DNA from: Octopus vulgaris
Lineage: Eukaryota
Assembly: GCA_951406725.2 (NCBI GenBank)
Contig: OX597827.1
Span: 11,842,001 to 11,906,000, forward strand
Direction: 5' to 3'
Length of the DNA stretch: 64,000 nt
The first letter of the stretch is position 1. Every line of letters begins with the position of its first letter. Position numbers and translations under genes: made by a program. This document shows, in pieces, positions 48,923 through 62,937 of this stretch. The notes beneath the pieces are model-generated. The model saw nothing but the letters and a program-made list of their open reading frames with translations, did no database searches and was not told the DNA's origin.

Positions 48923-49332
48923 GTTTCTTTATTGCTCACAAGGGGCTAAACACAGAGGGGACAAACAAGGGCAGATGAACGGATTAAGTCGATTACATCG
49001 ACCCCAGTGCATAACTGATACTTAATTTATCGACCCCGAAAGGATGAAAGGCAAAGTCGACATTGGTGCAATTTGAACTCAGAACGCACCAGCGAACGAA
49101 ATACCTATTTCTTTACTACCCACAAGGGGCTAAACACAGAGGGGTCAAACAAGGGCAGACGAACGGATTAAGTCGATTACATCGACCCCAGTGCATAACT
49201 GGTACTTAATTTATCGACCCCGAAAGAATGAAAGACAAAGTCATCGTTGGTGCAATTTGAACTCAGAACGCAGCAGTGAACGAAATACCACAAAGCATTT
49301 CGCCTGGCATGCTAACATTTCTGCCAGCTCGT
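48923..49332 (-). mobile_element. SINE family B with tandemly duplicated body
   Basis: Two near-identical bodies of about 180 bp. Confidence 0.85.
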
Positions 49333-49709
49333 AGACAATGTTCTGTCTCTGTCTACCAAATTTACTCACTAGACGTGGTTGACCCAGAGCTATTGTAGAA
49401 AACACTTGTCCAAGGTACTGTGCAGTGGAACTGAATCCAAAACCATGTGGTTTCAAAGTGAGCTTCTTAACTTAACTGCCATTCCTGCACCATTGTGCCT
49501 TAATTAGATTTTGGAATCATCTCTCATTATACGGTGACTCCAAGTGGCTTTTGTATCCAGCATGATGATAGGAATGCCACATATCCTGTTTATGATGGGA
49601 TCCATGAAGCTTTGTTCTATGATTATTTCTTTCAAGGACAATAAGTAGCTGGGATGGCTAATAATCACAGAAACACTGTGAATATTGTAGTTTACACCCT
49701 CATCCAACC

Positions 49710-50160
49710 TTAATCCTTTAGTCATACCAGTTATATCAGGCCCAAATATTCCACCTGTTTTATGCTCAAACCAGTTAGATGTAGCTTCTTATATCTAATC
49801 TATAATGTCGTTCTGATAATAAAGAATCCCATCATTAAAATCTTGACACTTTAAGATCATGGGTGATTAATTCAAAGTAATGTGAATAAAAATCCAGTAA
49901 ATTTGACAGAGTAATCTGAATGCTAAGAGTTAAACCACAAATAGAATTTTTTTTTTTAACCTTTAGTGTTTAAACCGGCCATATCAGGCCCAAATATTCC
50001 ACCTGTTTTATGCTCAAACCAGTTAGATGTAGCCTCTTATATCTAATCTACAATGTCGTTCTGATAATAAAGAATCCCTTCATTAAAATCTTGACACTTT
50101 AAGATCATGGGTGATTAATTCAAAGTAATGTGAATAAAAATCCAGTAAATTTGACAGAGT
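49710..50160. mobile_element. Two tandem copies of a TTAA-flanked piggyBac-like MITE
   Basis: 49733-49912 is nearly identical to 49981-50160. Ends read TTAA(T)CCTTTAG...CTAAGAGTTAA. Confidence 0.65.
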
Positions 50161-51048
50161 GGAAGGTAATCCCAGACTCAGTCCTCTGATTGAAGAATTC
50201 TAGGAGACACTTGGTAGCTGTCAATTAAATTGATTCCAGTTAATGAGTAGTAGTTTATTTCATTGATCACCAGAGAAATGAAAAACATAGTTGAACTTAA
50301 CAGAGTTTGGACTCAGAAAGTATAAGTATATTATATAAGAAAATACTGCAAAAACACTCTGATGTTTGCATTTCTGCCAATCCACAATTATGCTTATGAA
50401 ATTGTTGAGTAATTAACCACAGTGATCTATATTTTAAAATATGCTAATTTTTCACACTTTCTTGTGTATGATATTGCATATCTAATCAGTGTTTCTCTCG
50501 TTAAAACTTTGAATGTAAAATCTATGGGTTACTAACAAGGTTTAATAAGGCAGAAGAATGTTCAGAGTTGTTTATCTTACTTATAAAAATGACAAAAATA
50601 AATTTCAGTATTGAGTATAACTATTTCTAAATAGAGTTTCAATGCTCTCTACCTTTAATATATTAACATTAATTTAAATATGCTAGCTCAATTTAAAGTT
50701 CATACCTTCACGATAGATTTTGCAAATAATGTTGCTAGCAAGCAGTCTGACCTGAATGGTGCACCCCCCCCCCCCCCCCATTCAATATGCACAGTGGGAA
50801 GCATTGTTATACTAAACTTTAGTGGCTTAATATTGATCTGAAAATGTCTTTTAAAATTAAGATAAGGTTAGCTTAATATGCTGTAGTATTAACCACACTT
50901 CCTAAATTTAAATCATATTAGTTTTTTGTTGTGCACCTGCTCAAAGCACATAGTTCTTTTTTTGCTTCGATCTTAAAACCATAAAACATGGAGTATGAAA
51001 CAGTTATATATAAATATTTGGGAATGTGAATGCCTGATAGATGTGCAC

Positions 51049-51151
<103 letters not shown>

Positions 51152-51181
51152 CATCTATCTGTCTATCTATCTATCTATATG

Positions 51182-51241
<60 letters not shown>

Positions 51242-51273
51242 TGTATATGTATATGTGTGTGTGTGTGTGTGTG

Positions 51274-51570
51274 TGGAGGCACAATAGCCCAGTGGTTAGG
51301 GCAGCGGACTCACAGTCAGACGATCGCAGTTTCGATTCCCAGACCAGGCGTTGTGTGTGTTTATTGAGCGAAAACACCTAAAACTCCACGAGGCTCCGGC
51401 AGGGGGTGGTGGTGACCCCTGTTGTACTCTTTCACCACAACTTTCTCTCACTCTTTCTTCCTGTTTCTTGAGCAATGTGGCGATGGACTGGCGTCCTGTC
51501 CAGCTGGGGGGAACACATATACCATAGAAACCAGGAAACCGGGCCCATGAGCCTGAAAAGTGCACATAAA
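51274..51570 (+). mobile_element. SINE family C
   Basis: Homologous to the 7383 head and the 58115-58422 body. Confidence 0.85.
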
Positions 51571-52402
51571 TAAATGATATATATATATATATGAACATGT
51601 ATGTGAGCGTATATACATTTATATATTTGTGTTGTATTTATGTGTAACGTGCTACACACAAGTTTTAGGGAGAGGTGAGAATGCATATCATTTGATATGT
51701 AAAATATACCATTTTAATAAACATGATTTAATGCCACTATGAATAGTAAACAAATATTTCTTCTCTCTGTGAACAGAAAAAGAAATCAGTCTGGCTAGTT
51801 TCTAGTCTTGTTAGATCTTCATCAGAGAAAGAATAGCCATCTTTAGTTCACTCAAAGATTATTAGTTTGTTGTTTATCTTTTATCTTTTATATTTTACTT
51901 ATTTCAGTCATTAGATTGTGGCCATGCTGGGGCACTACGTTGAAGAATTTTTATTCAAATGAACTGATCTTTCTATTTTTTATATCTGGTACTTAATCTA
52001 TTGGTCTCTTTTGCTGAACAGTTAAGTCATGGAGTAATGAACACTCCAGTACCAGTTGTCAAGCAGTGGTAGGGGAACAAACACAAACAAAAAGTCACAC
52101 AAACTTGCATGCACACACACACACACACACGATGGGCTTCTTTCAGTTTCTATCTACCAAATCCACTCACAAGGCTTTGGTCAGTCCAAGGCTATAGTAG
52201 AAGATGCTTGCCCATCATCATAATTGTCATCGTCATCATCATCATGGTCATGATCATCATTATCTAATAACCATCCCATGCAAGCTTGGAAAAGCAGACA
52301 TTGTTTTGATGTTGATTAAAATAATATAAGCCACTGAGCAAATAGTTTCTTTTCCTCATGACATAATTATTTCAAATTATAGTTTTCTATGTTCAATGGA
52401 TT

Positions 52403-52850
52403 AGGCGCAGGAGTGGCTCAGGATCGGCTGTGTGGTAATTAGCTGGCTTACCAACCACAAGGTTCCGGGTTCAGTCCCACTGCGTGGCACCTTGGGCAAG
52501 TGTCTTCAACTATAGCCTCGGGCCAACCAAAGCCTTGTGAGTGGATTTGGTAGATGGAAACTGAAAGCCTTGTGAGTGGATTTGGTAGACGGAAACTGAA
52601 AGAAGCCCATCATATATATGTATATATATATGTGTGCTTGTATGTTTGTGTGTCTGTGTTTGTCCACCTAGCATTGCTTGACAACCGATGCTGGTGTGCT
52701 TATGTCCCTGTCACCCAGCGGTTCGGCAAAAGAGACCGATAGAATAAGTACTGGGCTTACAAAAGAATAAGTTCCGGGGTCGAGTTGCTCGATTAAAGGC
52801 GGTGCTTCAGCATGGCCGCAGTCAAATGACTGAAACAAGTAAAGGTAAAG
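52403..52850 (+). mobile_element. SINE family A with internal 35 bp duplication
   Basis: AAAGCCTTGTGAGTGGATTTGGTAGA(T/C)GGAAACTG occurs twice. Confidence 0.9.
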
Positions 52851-53215
52851 TATTAAGTACACAGTAGCACTTACTTAGCTTTTATTCTCTTCTCTTTTAC
52901 ATAATATTATAGACATCTTTGAGTATCTCTGTTTCCTGCTACCATTTCACCATAGGCCCTGCACCTTTAAACTGTTTAGTAAGTTAGTAAACTGCATACC
53001 GCCTCTACAACCTCTTCTAAATCACCTAGCACACAGCTTTTCTCTTTTTATCACTCCGCCCTCCTTGCCATGTCTCAGCTTTCCTAGAACTTACAATAAC
53101 CCCCCTTTTTTTTATCAAGTAGTCCTTTTACAGAGTGTAAGACTCTCTAGAATTTCTTCTCAGCCCATGTTTTATTTATTTACTTATTTATTTATTTTTC
53201 ATATAACCTTCAACA

Positions 53216-53627
53216 GGCGCAGGAGTGGCTGTGTGGTAAGTAGCTTGTTTACCAACCACATGGTTCCGGGTTCAGTCCCACTGCGTGGCACCTTGGGCAA
53301 GTGACTTCTACTGTAGCCTCGGGCCGACCAAAGCCTTGTGAGTGGATTTGGTGGACGGAAACTGAAAGAAGCCCGTCGTAAATATGTATATATATATATA
53401 TGCATGTGTGTGTTTGTGTGTCTGTGTTTGTCCCCCTAGCATTGCTTGACAACCGATGCTGGTGTGTTTACGTCCCCGTTACTTAGCGGTTCGGCAAAAG
53501 GGGACCGATAGAATAAGTACTGAGCTTACAAAAAGAATAAGTCCCGGGGTCAAGTTGCTCGATTAAAGGCGGTGCTCCAGCATGACCGCAGTCAAATGAC
53601 TGAAACAAGTAAAAGAGTAAAAGAGTA
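53216..53627 (+). mobile_element. SINE family A
   Basis: Homologous to 43-447. Confidence 0.9.
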
Positions 53628-54188
53628 ACCCATGAAGTACCCTACATGTTGATCTTTGCTTTATATACTTAATCTTCAAACTACACATGCAGGACCCATT
53701 CTTTTGTTTCCTAAAGAAAATCACATCAGTCACCATTAGTCCTAAATCTAATAAATATTGAACTGCCAAGCTATTGTACTTCCATAGCACTTCTGTCCCG
53801 CCTTTCTGGCTTTAAGCTGTTGTAAAATAAAGCGTTCTTATATTTTGACTCAAAGAAAGTATCTCTATTCCCCACTCTTTTTCTCTCTCCCTCTCTTTCT
53901 TTATTTCTCAGTATATGTGCCTCGGTGTGTGTATGTATGTGTGTGTGCATTTGTGCGTATATGAATATGTGTGTGTATTTGAATATATGTGTGTGTGTAT
54001 TTATATATATGTATGTATTTATGTATGTATGCATGTATATATATATATATACACATACACACATATAAATATATATATGTGTATATATACACACATACAT
54101 GCATATACACACACATGCATATATATTTATATGTATACATACATACACACACACACACACATATATATATGTATATATATATATACAT

Positions 54189-54233
<45 letters not shown>

Positions 54234-54314
54234 CATATAAATATATATATATGTGTATATATACACACATACATACATATACACACACATGCATATATAT
54301 TTATATGTATAAAT

Positions 54315-54392
<78 letters not shown>

Positions 54393-54455
54393 ATATATAT
54401 ATATGTGTATATATACACACATACATACATATACACAACATGATATATATTTATA

Positions 54456-54490
<35 letters not shown>

Positions 54491-55489
54491 TTAAAACTCG
54501 AGGCATAGATTTAAAGTAGCTTGCAAACTAAACTAGAAAACAAGATGGTTAATTTTTATCCACTAATATGGATTAAGATTGCACATATTTCGATGAAACA
54601 CAATGGAACAGATTCATTCAGCTATAAACAATATATTGCGTGATTCTATTATAAACATCAATAACAATAACAATAGCTTCATACAAAAGGTTACATTAGA
54701 GTAGATTGCCGGCTGTACTTGTTTGTTATTAGAAGAGCAGAATGGGCAGCTAAATATCTGCTGCTACAACAATATTGCTCCATGAAGACTCTTAGTTATA
54801 ATAAAGAAACTGTTTTACACTCGCAAAACTTGTTTTGCCACTTATTTAGTGTATGCACAAACACAAATGTATGCATGTGTGCATGTATGCATGTATGCAC
54901 CCGTGTATGTATACTCTGAAATAAGGAATGTATATAGGCATGCATATGTTTTTGGGGGTATGCACTTCTCTACGTGTGTGTGTGTTATTGCACAAATACA
55001 AAATTTGAAAAGAAAAAAAAAATATATATATGTACATAATTAAGCATGGATTCGTATGTGTATATGTTTTATATCATGCATACATACATACACGTAAATG
55101 CTCACATGCAATTTATACATGTATATGTTTGTTAACACAAGCAAATACATACTTTGAAATAGGAAATTGTATGTACATACACACATACATATACACATAC
55201 ATACATACGTACACATACATACACACACATATAAACATACACACACATACATACATGCATACATACATACATACACACATACACACATGCATACATACAT
55301 CCATACATACACACACATATATACATACACACACCTACATATATATACATATATATTTACATACACACACATACATATATATATATACATGCATATTTAC
55401 AAACATACATACATGCAAGCATGCATTCACATAGTTTATAAGCATACACATACTCTCTTATAAATCTATGTTTTGTTATACAAACAACA

Positions 55490-55541
<52 letters not shown>

Positions 55542-55663
55542 CATATCATACAAACACACACACATAGATACAGCAGCAGAAATACTAACACAAACGAATC
55601 TATATGCATATCCACACACACACACACATATATATACATATACATATACACATATATATAAAG

Positions 55664-55696
<33 letters not shown>

Positions 55697-55700
55697 CCTA

Positions 55701-55799
<99 letters not shown>

Positions 55800-56234
55800 A
55801 AGCATGTGTTAAATGTGTGTACATGTTCGTCATTGTCTTCTGTAATTTAATTTGGAATAATGGGCAAACAAGTCAACAACATCATCTGCTAGGAACAATA
55901 TCATTCAAGCCATGATGTTTAGTTGTATTTATTTCTGTAAAATCAAATTAAGCTCATAATAAAGTCAGGAGGGGAAAAAAAAACAAACACACAACAGACA
56001 CAACAAAAAAAAATAAAGCAAGAAATTTAGTCATAATTGTTTTTTTTACTCAAAAGGTTTTTCATACATTCTTTCTTTCCAATGAACACAAAATATATAT
56101 GAATAAAGAAAACCAACACAAAACAGAAACAAAGGAAAGTTCTAAAGACTACAATAAATGTGTTGACCTGTAGCTAAAAGGCTAAAAGCTTGAGCTATGA
56201 TGCTGGGAGAGAAAAGAGTGAAGTAGCAAAACAA

Positions 56235-56440
<206 letters not shown>

Positions 56441-56877
56441 ATATATATATAAAATATATATAATATGTAAATAAATAAAATAAGAAACCAAGAAAAACGA
56501 TTGATTAAAGATATGTTTTTAAAGAGTTGTAAACATATTTTTTTATCATCATGAAATTGATAATTAATTTTCATATTTATCTCTTTATAGCAAAAAAAAA
56601 ATAAAAGATTTTGAAAACTGATAAAAAAAAATATTGTTTCACATTTAATTTTAGATAATCTTCAATAATAACAATAACAATAATAATAATAATAATGATA
56701 CTGCTGCTGATGATGATGATGACGATGATAATAATCCTTTCTATCATAGGCACAAGGCCTGAAATTTGATGGTTGGAGCTAGACTCTGGTTATCAACTGG
56801 TACTTATTTCATCAATGCCAAAAGGATGAAAGGCAAAGTCGACCTTTGTAGAATTCCCCCAATAATAATGATTATAA

Positions 56878-56934
<57 letters not shown>

Positions 56935-57202
56935 TAATGGTAATAATGGTAATAATGGTAATAATAATAATGATGATGATGATAAAAATCCTGAAATTAT
57001 ATCGACCCCAGTGTTTCACTGGTACTTAATTCATTGACTCTGAAAGGATGAAATTAAAGTCAACCTCAGTGGAATTTGATCTCAGAATCTAACGATGGGT
57101 GAAATAACGCTAAGCATTCTACCCAACATGCTAACAATTCTGCCAGCTCACTGCCTAAAATAACAACAACAACAACAATAATAATAATAGCAATAATAAT
57201 AA

Positions 57203-57342
57203 ACCGTTCCCATTATTGTAGGTGCCCAAAGTATGATAAAAGAAAGGCATGTCAAAAACATCTCGATAACATCCCAGGAGAAACATGTCTCAAGGAAGTC
57301 CAAAATGTTGTGCTGACAAGTACTACCCACATGCTTAGATAA
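57203..57342 (+). pseudogene. C-terminal fragment of an R4/Dong-like (restriction-like endonuclease) non-LTR retrotransposon
   Basis: TVPIIVGAQSMIK../KHLDNIPGETCLKEVQNVVLTSTTHMLR matches the PVIVGALG...IQK.VL.GT.HILR terminus and abuts (AAT)n. Confidence 0.7.
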
Positions 57343-58114
57343 ACCCCATCAAGTTAAATGTCTGTGTTGAATTATATGGAGGTATTTCTCTACTACCCTT
57401 GCCACTTCCCCTCCTCACACTTTCAGCTATATTTCAACATCTCTTAACCATCACTTGTCCTAGGATGCTGGGTGTGTCCTGGCTAATGATTGCATCAAAC
57501 ATTCAGATTAAAAGTAATGATTGAAGACAACATATGAGTGCTTGGCTTTTGTTAAAGCACCTGCACAAATGATTTATTTATAGTGATCAAATGTTCCTGC
57601 CATACATTAGCTCACTCTGTCTCCATCAAATCAACATTGTCTGAACAGGTGCACTGTGTACCATATGTCAGGTGTCAAAGTGGTCACAGAACAATGGGAG
57701 ATGAAGTGTTTTGCTCAAGAACACAATGCACCACCTGGTCTAGGATTTGAAACCGCGATTTAGTGATCGTAAGTACAATACCCTAACCACTAGGTCATGT
57801 ACCGTCATAATAACATTTGTAATAATAATAATTCTTTCTATTACAGACACAAGGCCAAAAATTTTGTGGGGAAGGGGTTAGTTGATGACGTTGACCCTGG
57901 GGCTCGACTGGTACATATTTCATTGACCTCAACAGGACAAAAACAAACTCAGCCTCACTAGTATTTGAACTCAGAATGTCATGAGTCAAAAGTAATGTTG
58001 CTGAGTATTTTCTGTGTTGTGCTAACGAGTCATTCAGCTCAATAGTTTTCAGTATAGGTACACGACCAGCAAAGTTTGTGGAGACTAGATTAGTCAATAC
58101 CACCAACACTTTTC

Positions 58115-58422
58115 TTTCTTGCCCTTTTCAAGCCTAGCCAGGCTCATGGGCTTGGTTTCCCGGTTTCTATGGTGTATGTGTTTCCCCCAGCTGGACGGGG
58201 CGCCAGTCCATTGCAGCATTACTCAAGAAACAGGAAGGAAGAGTGAGAGAAAGTTTGGGCGAAAGAGTACAACAGGGGTTGCCATCACCCCTTGCCGGAA
58301 CCTTGTGGGGCTTTTAGATGTTTTCGCTCAATAAACACACGCAACGCCCAGTCTGGGAATCGAAACTGCGATCCTCCGACTGCCAGTCCACTGCCCTAAC
58401 CACTGGGCCATTGCACCTCCAC
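58115..58422 (-). mobile_element. SINE family C
   Basis: Reverse complement of 51274-51570. Confidence 0.85.
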
Positions 58423-58630
58423 AACACTAGTATTTGAAAAGTATTTCATTAGGAACACCAGGGAGATGAAAGGCAAAAGTTGCTTCTGTCGGGTTTGAAC
58501 TGAGAGTGGAACAGATGCTGCAAGCAATTTACAAATTCTACCAGTCCATCATTCTGAGTAATAATTTCCAATTTATGCAGAAAGCCAACAGTTTTGAGGG
58601 AAGGGGATAGTATTTTACAGGTATTTTATA

Positions 58631-59040
58631 GGCGCAGGAGTGGCTGTGTGGTAAGTAACTTGCTAACCAACCACATGGTTCCGGGTTCAGTCCCACTGCG
58701 TGGTATCTTGGGCAAGTGTCTTCTACTATAGCCCCGGGCCGACCAATGCCTTGTGAGTGGATTTAGTAGATGGAAACTGAAAGAAGCCTGTCATATATAT
58801 GTATATATATATATGTATGTGTGTGTGTGTGTTTGTGTGTCTGTGTTTGTCCCCCTAGCATTGCTTGACAACCGATGCTGGTGCGTTTACGTCCCTGTCA
58901 CTTAGCGGTTCGGCAAAAGAGACTGATAGAATAAGTACTGGGCTTACAAAGAATAAGTCCCGGGGTCGATTTGCTCGACTAAAGGCGGTGCTCCAGCATG
59001 GCCACAGCCAAATGACTGAAACAAGTAAAAGAGTAAAGTA
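58631..59040 (+). mobile_element. SINE family A
   Basis: Homologous to 43-447. Confidence 0.9.
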
Positions 59041-59182
59041 CATTTTTCGTTGAAATCCCTACTCCCACTATTAAAATTATAAAAGGAAAAACAGGTGAAA
59101 GGCATAATTGTCCTTTGGTGGGATTTCAGCACGGAATATAAGAACGTAACTAAATACTACAAGGCACAACGGTATTATACTA

Positions 59183-59415
59183 AGGCAGCGAGCTGGCAGA
59201 AACGTTAGCATGCCGGGCGAAATGCTTAGCGGTATTTCGTCTGCGTTACGTTGTGAGTTCAAATTTCGCCGAGGTCGACTTTGCCTTTCATCGTTTCGGG
59301 GTCGATAAATTAAGTACCAGTTACGCACTGGGGTCGATGTAATCAACTTAATACCTATGTCTGTCCTTGTTTGTCTGCTCTGTGTTTAGCCCCTTGTGGG
59401 TAATAAAGAAATAGG
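59183..59415 (+). mobile_element. SINE family B, full length
   Basis: Flanked by the GGTATTATACT direct repeat. Confidence 0.9.
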
Positions 59416-60017
59416 TATTATACTTTCTGTCATAGGCACAAAGCCAGAAATTTTGTGGGGGGGATAGTCAATTACATCAACCCCAGTATACAACTGGTAC
59501 TTTATTGACCCCGGAAGGATGAAAGGCAAAGTCGACCTCAGCAGAATTTGAACTCGGGACATAAAGACAGATGAAATGCTACTAAGCATTTTGCCTGGTG
59601 TGCCAATAATTATGCCAGCTCACAGCTTGACAAGACAAGATAATATAATAAAGACTATAAAAACTCTATTATTAAATCTCTTTTGGAATATCTCAAGGCA
59701 CTCATTTAAGATTAAAGACAACTAGCAGACTACGTGTCATCAATAATGACAGCTAATTGTAGTATTTTATTTTATATATAAATAAGGTACATAGTAATCA
59801 CACATACAAGCATTCACATACTTCCCTTGTACATGCACACACATACACAACTCACACAGAGTTGAAACGCTGATTTTTTTTCACCCCTTCTTTTCTCTTA
59901 TTGCTATTACTTTCTCTCACTCCGTCTCAGTCAAGACTCTTACCCTCACTACTTCTCCTTCACTGAATTACTCTTTTCTCTCCTCCATGTCCAGCATGAT
60001 TCTGGACAAATATATAT

Positions 60018-60213
60018 ACTCTTTTACTCTTTTACTTGTTTCAGTCATTTGACTGCGGCCATACTGGAGCACCGCCTTTAGTCGAGCAAATCGACCCCGG
60101 GACTTATTCTTTGTAAGCCCAGTACTTATTTTTTCGGTCTCTTTTGCAGAACCACTAAGTGACGGGGACGTAAGCACACCAGCATCGGTTGTCAAGCAAT
60201 GCTAGTGGGACAA

Positions 60214-60272
<59 letters not shown>

Positions 60273-60438
60273 TACGACAGGCTTCTTTCAGTTTCCGTCT
60301 ACCAAATCCAACTCACAAGGCATTGGTCGGCCCGGGGCTATAGCAGAAGACGCTTGCCCAAGATGCCAGGCAGTGGGACTGAACCCGGAACCATGTGGTT
60401 GGTTAGCAAGCTACTTACCGCACAGCCACTCCTGCGCC
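60018..60438 (-). mobile_element. SINE family A
   Basis: Reverse complement of 43-447. Confidence 0.9.
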
Positions 60439-61360
60439 TATATATACAAATAAATAAAAAATACTACGCTCATTATTATATTTGGAGATAGCATGTAAAT
60501 ATTGTGTTGTGAAACCTTTTGGGACAAAAATGTCAAAGCCTGCCCGTAGAACATGAACCCACATCTCCTGTAAGACATGACAACTTTTCTACCATTGTAC
60601 CATTGTACCAAAGCAATTTTTGGTTGTTAATAACAATAATATATCCTTTATTATTTTTTTTTTATCAAGTTAATACCTCTATTAATAGTCATTGAACTAT
60701 GAACATGCTGGTCGTTTAAATGGTTTTGTTTGTTGCTGAGGAATGGAGTATTCCCCTATTCAAACCCAATCAAGGGGCCATACATAGTCCATGTTGGAAA
60801 AAATACAATATGTATTGTAATGGCAATGTGATAATCAAATTATAAACAAAGAAAAAGGCTTTATAATAGCTCAATAGTTATTTGCTGTTGGTGAATATAC
60901 AAACTAAAGTTGTTGATCTGTAGTGTTCTGCTATTGGCTTTTGATAGGATAATTGGATATAGATGTGTATTTGCGTGTGTGTGTGAGCGTGTGTGTGAGC
61001 ATGTGTGTGTCAGTGTCAGCGTAACTGTCTGTGTTTGTTTCTGTGTAAGCACAAAAGCACAATAGAAATTTTTTTTTAATGGGCTTTCAATATCTGCGTA
61101 TTTATATATATATCTAATTGAGTGTGTATTTGCACGTACATGTGTGTATGCTTGTGTGCATGTGTGTGTTTCTGATTCTATACGAATGAAAATATAATAT
61201 AAAGATATATATCAATATGTATGTGTGTGTGTATATGTATGTATATATATATATATATATATATATGTCTGTTTGTATATATATGTATATACAAACAGAC
61301 ATATATATACATATATATACAAACAGACATATATATACATATATATACAAACAGACATAT

Positions 61361-61392
<32 letters not shown>

Positions 61393-61755
61393 GATGGTGA
61401 TATATGTCTGTTTGTATATATATGTATATATATATCTGTTTGTATATATATGTATATATATGTCTGTTTGTATATATATATATATATATATGTCTGTTTG
61501 TATATACACACATATATATATATACACACACAAACACACTTACATATATGTACTGATACATATATTTTACATATATACATACATATATATATATGTGTGT
61601 GTGTGTATGCTGCAGTGTGTGGGCATTATTTATCATATCTGTATGTACACATGTATATATATACATATGTTTACATACATACATGCACACATGTACGTAT
61701 GCATGTATGTATGGCCTGGCTTTAAGACTAATGATCAAGAAAAGATGTATATACA

Positions 61756-61791
<36 letters not shown>

Positions 61792-62132
61792 TATGTGTGT
61801 GTGTGTGAGGGAGAGAGAGAGTGTGTATGTGTGTATCTACATGGGGACCAGTTTTTCTTCTACATATTATATTGAATATACAACTCTATTTTACATTTTT
61901 TTTTTTTTTTTAGTTTCAGCTCATGAGCTGTGGCCATGCTGGGGCAAACCTTCTATTAAGCTTTTTCTTTCTCTTTTTTTTTTATAATTGAAGCGTAGAA
62001 TAAACTACTTGCATTGGTTGTAAGCTGTTAGGACACTTCATCCTTAAAAAATTCTGGGCTTCCCAAGATTTGCTGACATGACTCCTTACATAGCTTGGCA
62101 TCCTTTCGTCTGTATAGCTTTTCTGCTCTTTA

Positions 62133-62547
62133 ACTCTTTTACTCTTTTACTTGTTTCAGTCATTTGACTGCGGAAATGCTGGAGCACCGCCTTTAGTCGA
62201 GCAAATCGACCCCGGGACTTATTCTTTGTAAGCCCAGTACTTATTCTATCGCTCTCTTTTTTGCTGGACCGCTAAGTGACGGGGACATAAATACACCAGC
62301 ATCGGTTGTCAAGCAATGCTAGGGGGACAAACAGAGACACACAAACACACACACACATAGATATATATATATATACATATATACGACGGGCTTCTTTCAG
62401 TTTCCGTCTGCCAAATCCACTCACAAGGCTTTGGTCGGCCCGGGGCTGTAGCAGAAGACACTTGCCCAAGATGCCACGCAGTGGGACTGAACCCGGAACC
62501 ATGTGGTTGGTTAGCAAGCTACTTACCACACAGCCACTCCTGCGCCT
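62133..62547 (-). mobile_element. SINE family A
   Basis: Reverse complement of 43-447. Confidence 0.9.
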
Positions 62548-62937
62548 ACTTTTCTGTCTTTTCATGTACTGCATATGCACTTTTGGCTTTCATTGCTGTC
62601 TTTCCTTATTTGATTCATTGATGCTTTCTGTCGTCTCCCCTTTTACCATCTTTGATGAGTTGTTGTGTATTTGAGTATTATATCGAATAAGCTCAGCTGA
62701 TCTGGTTGACTCACTAGCAAACAGGCAAAAGTGCTCAACGGCAATTCTTCTGCTTTATGTTCTGCATTCAAATTCAACCAGGGCTGACTTTGCATTTCAT
62801 GAATTAAAAAAGAAGAAAAAACCCAGCTGAGGTAAATAAAATAGAAACCAGCTGAGCAGTGGGTCCTTGTTATTAACTAGTTACTTCTCCAAAATTTCAA
62901 GCCTTGTGCCTACAGTAGAAAGAAAAGAAAATTAATA

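Noticed and set aside
55820-55960. Minus-strand TTTTACAG splice-acceptor-like site with unique downstream sequence
   Set aside because: All three frames hit stops quickly and no donor was identified. At most it is a non-coding exon.
60733-60785. CTGAGGA followed by a hairpin, a possible hammerhead
   Set aside because: It has CAAA instead of GAAA, no NUH triplet in register and no stem I.
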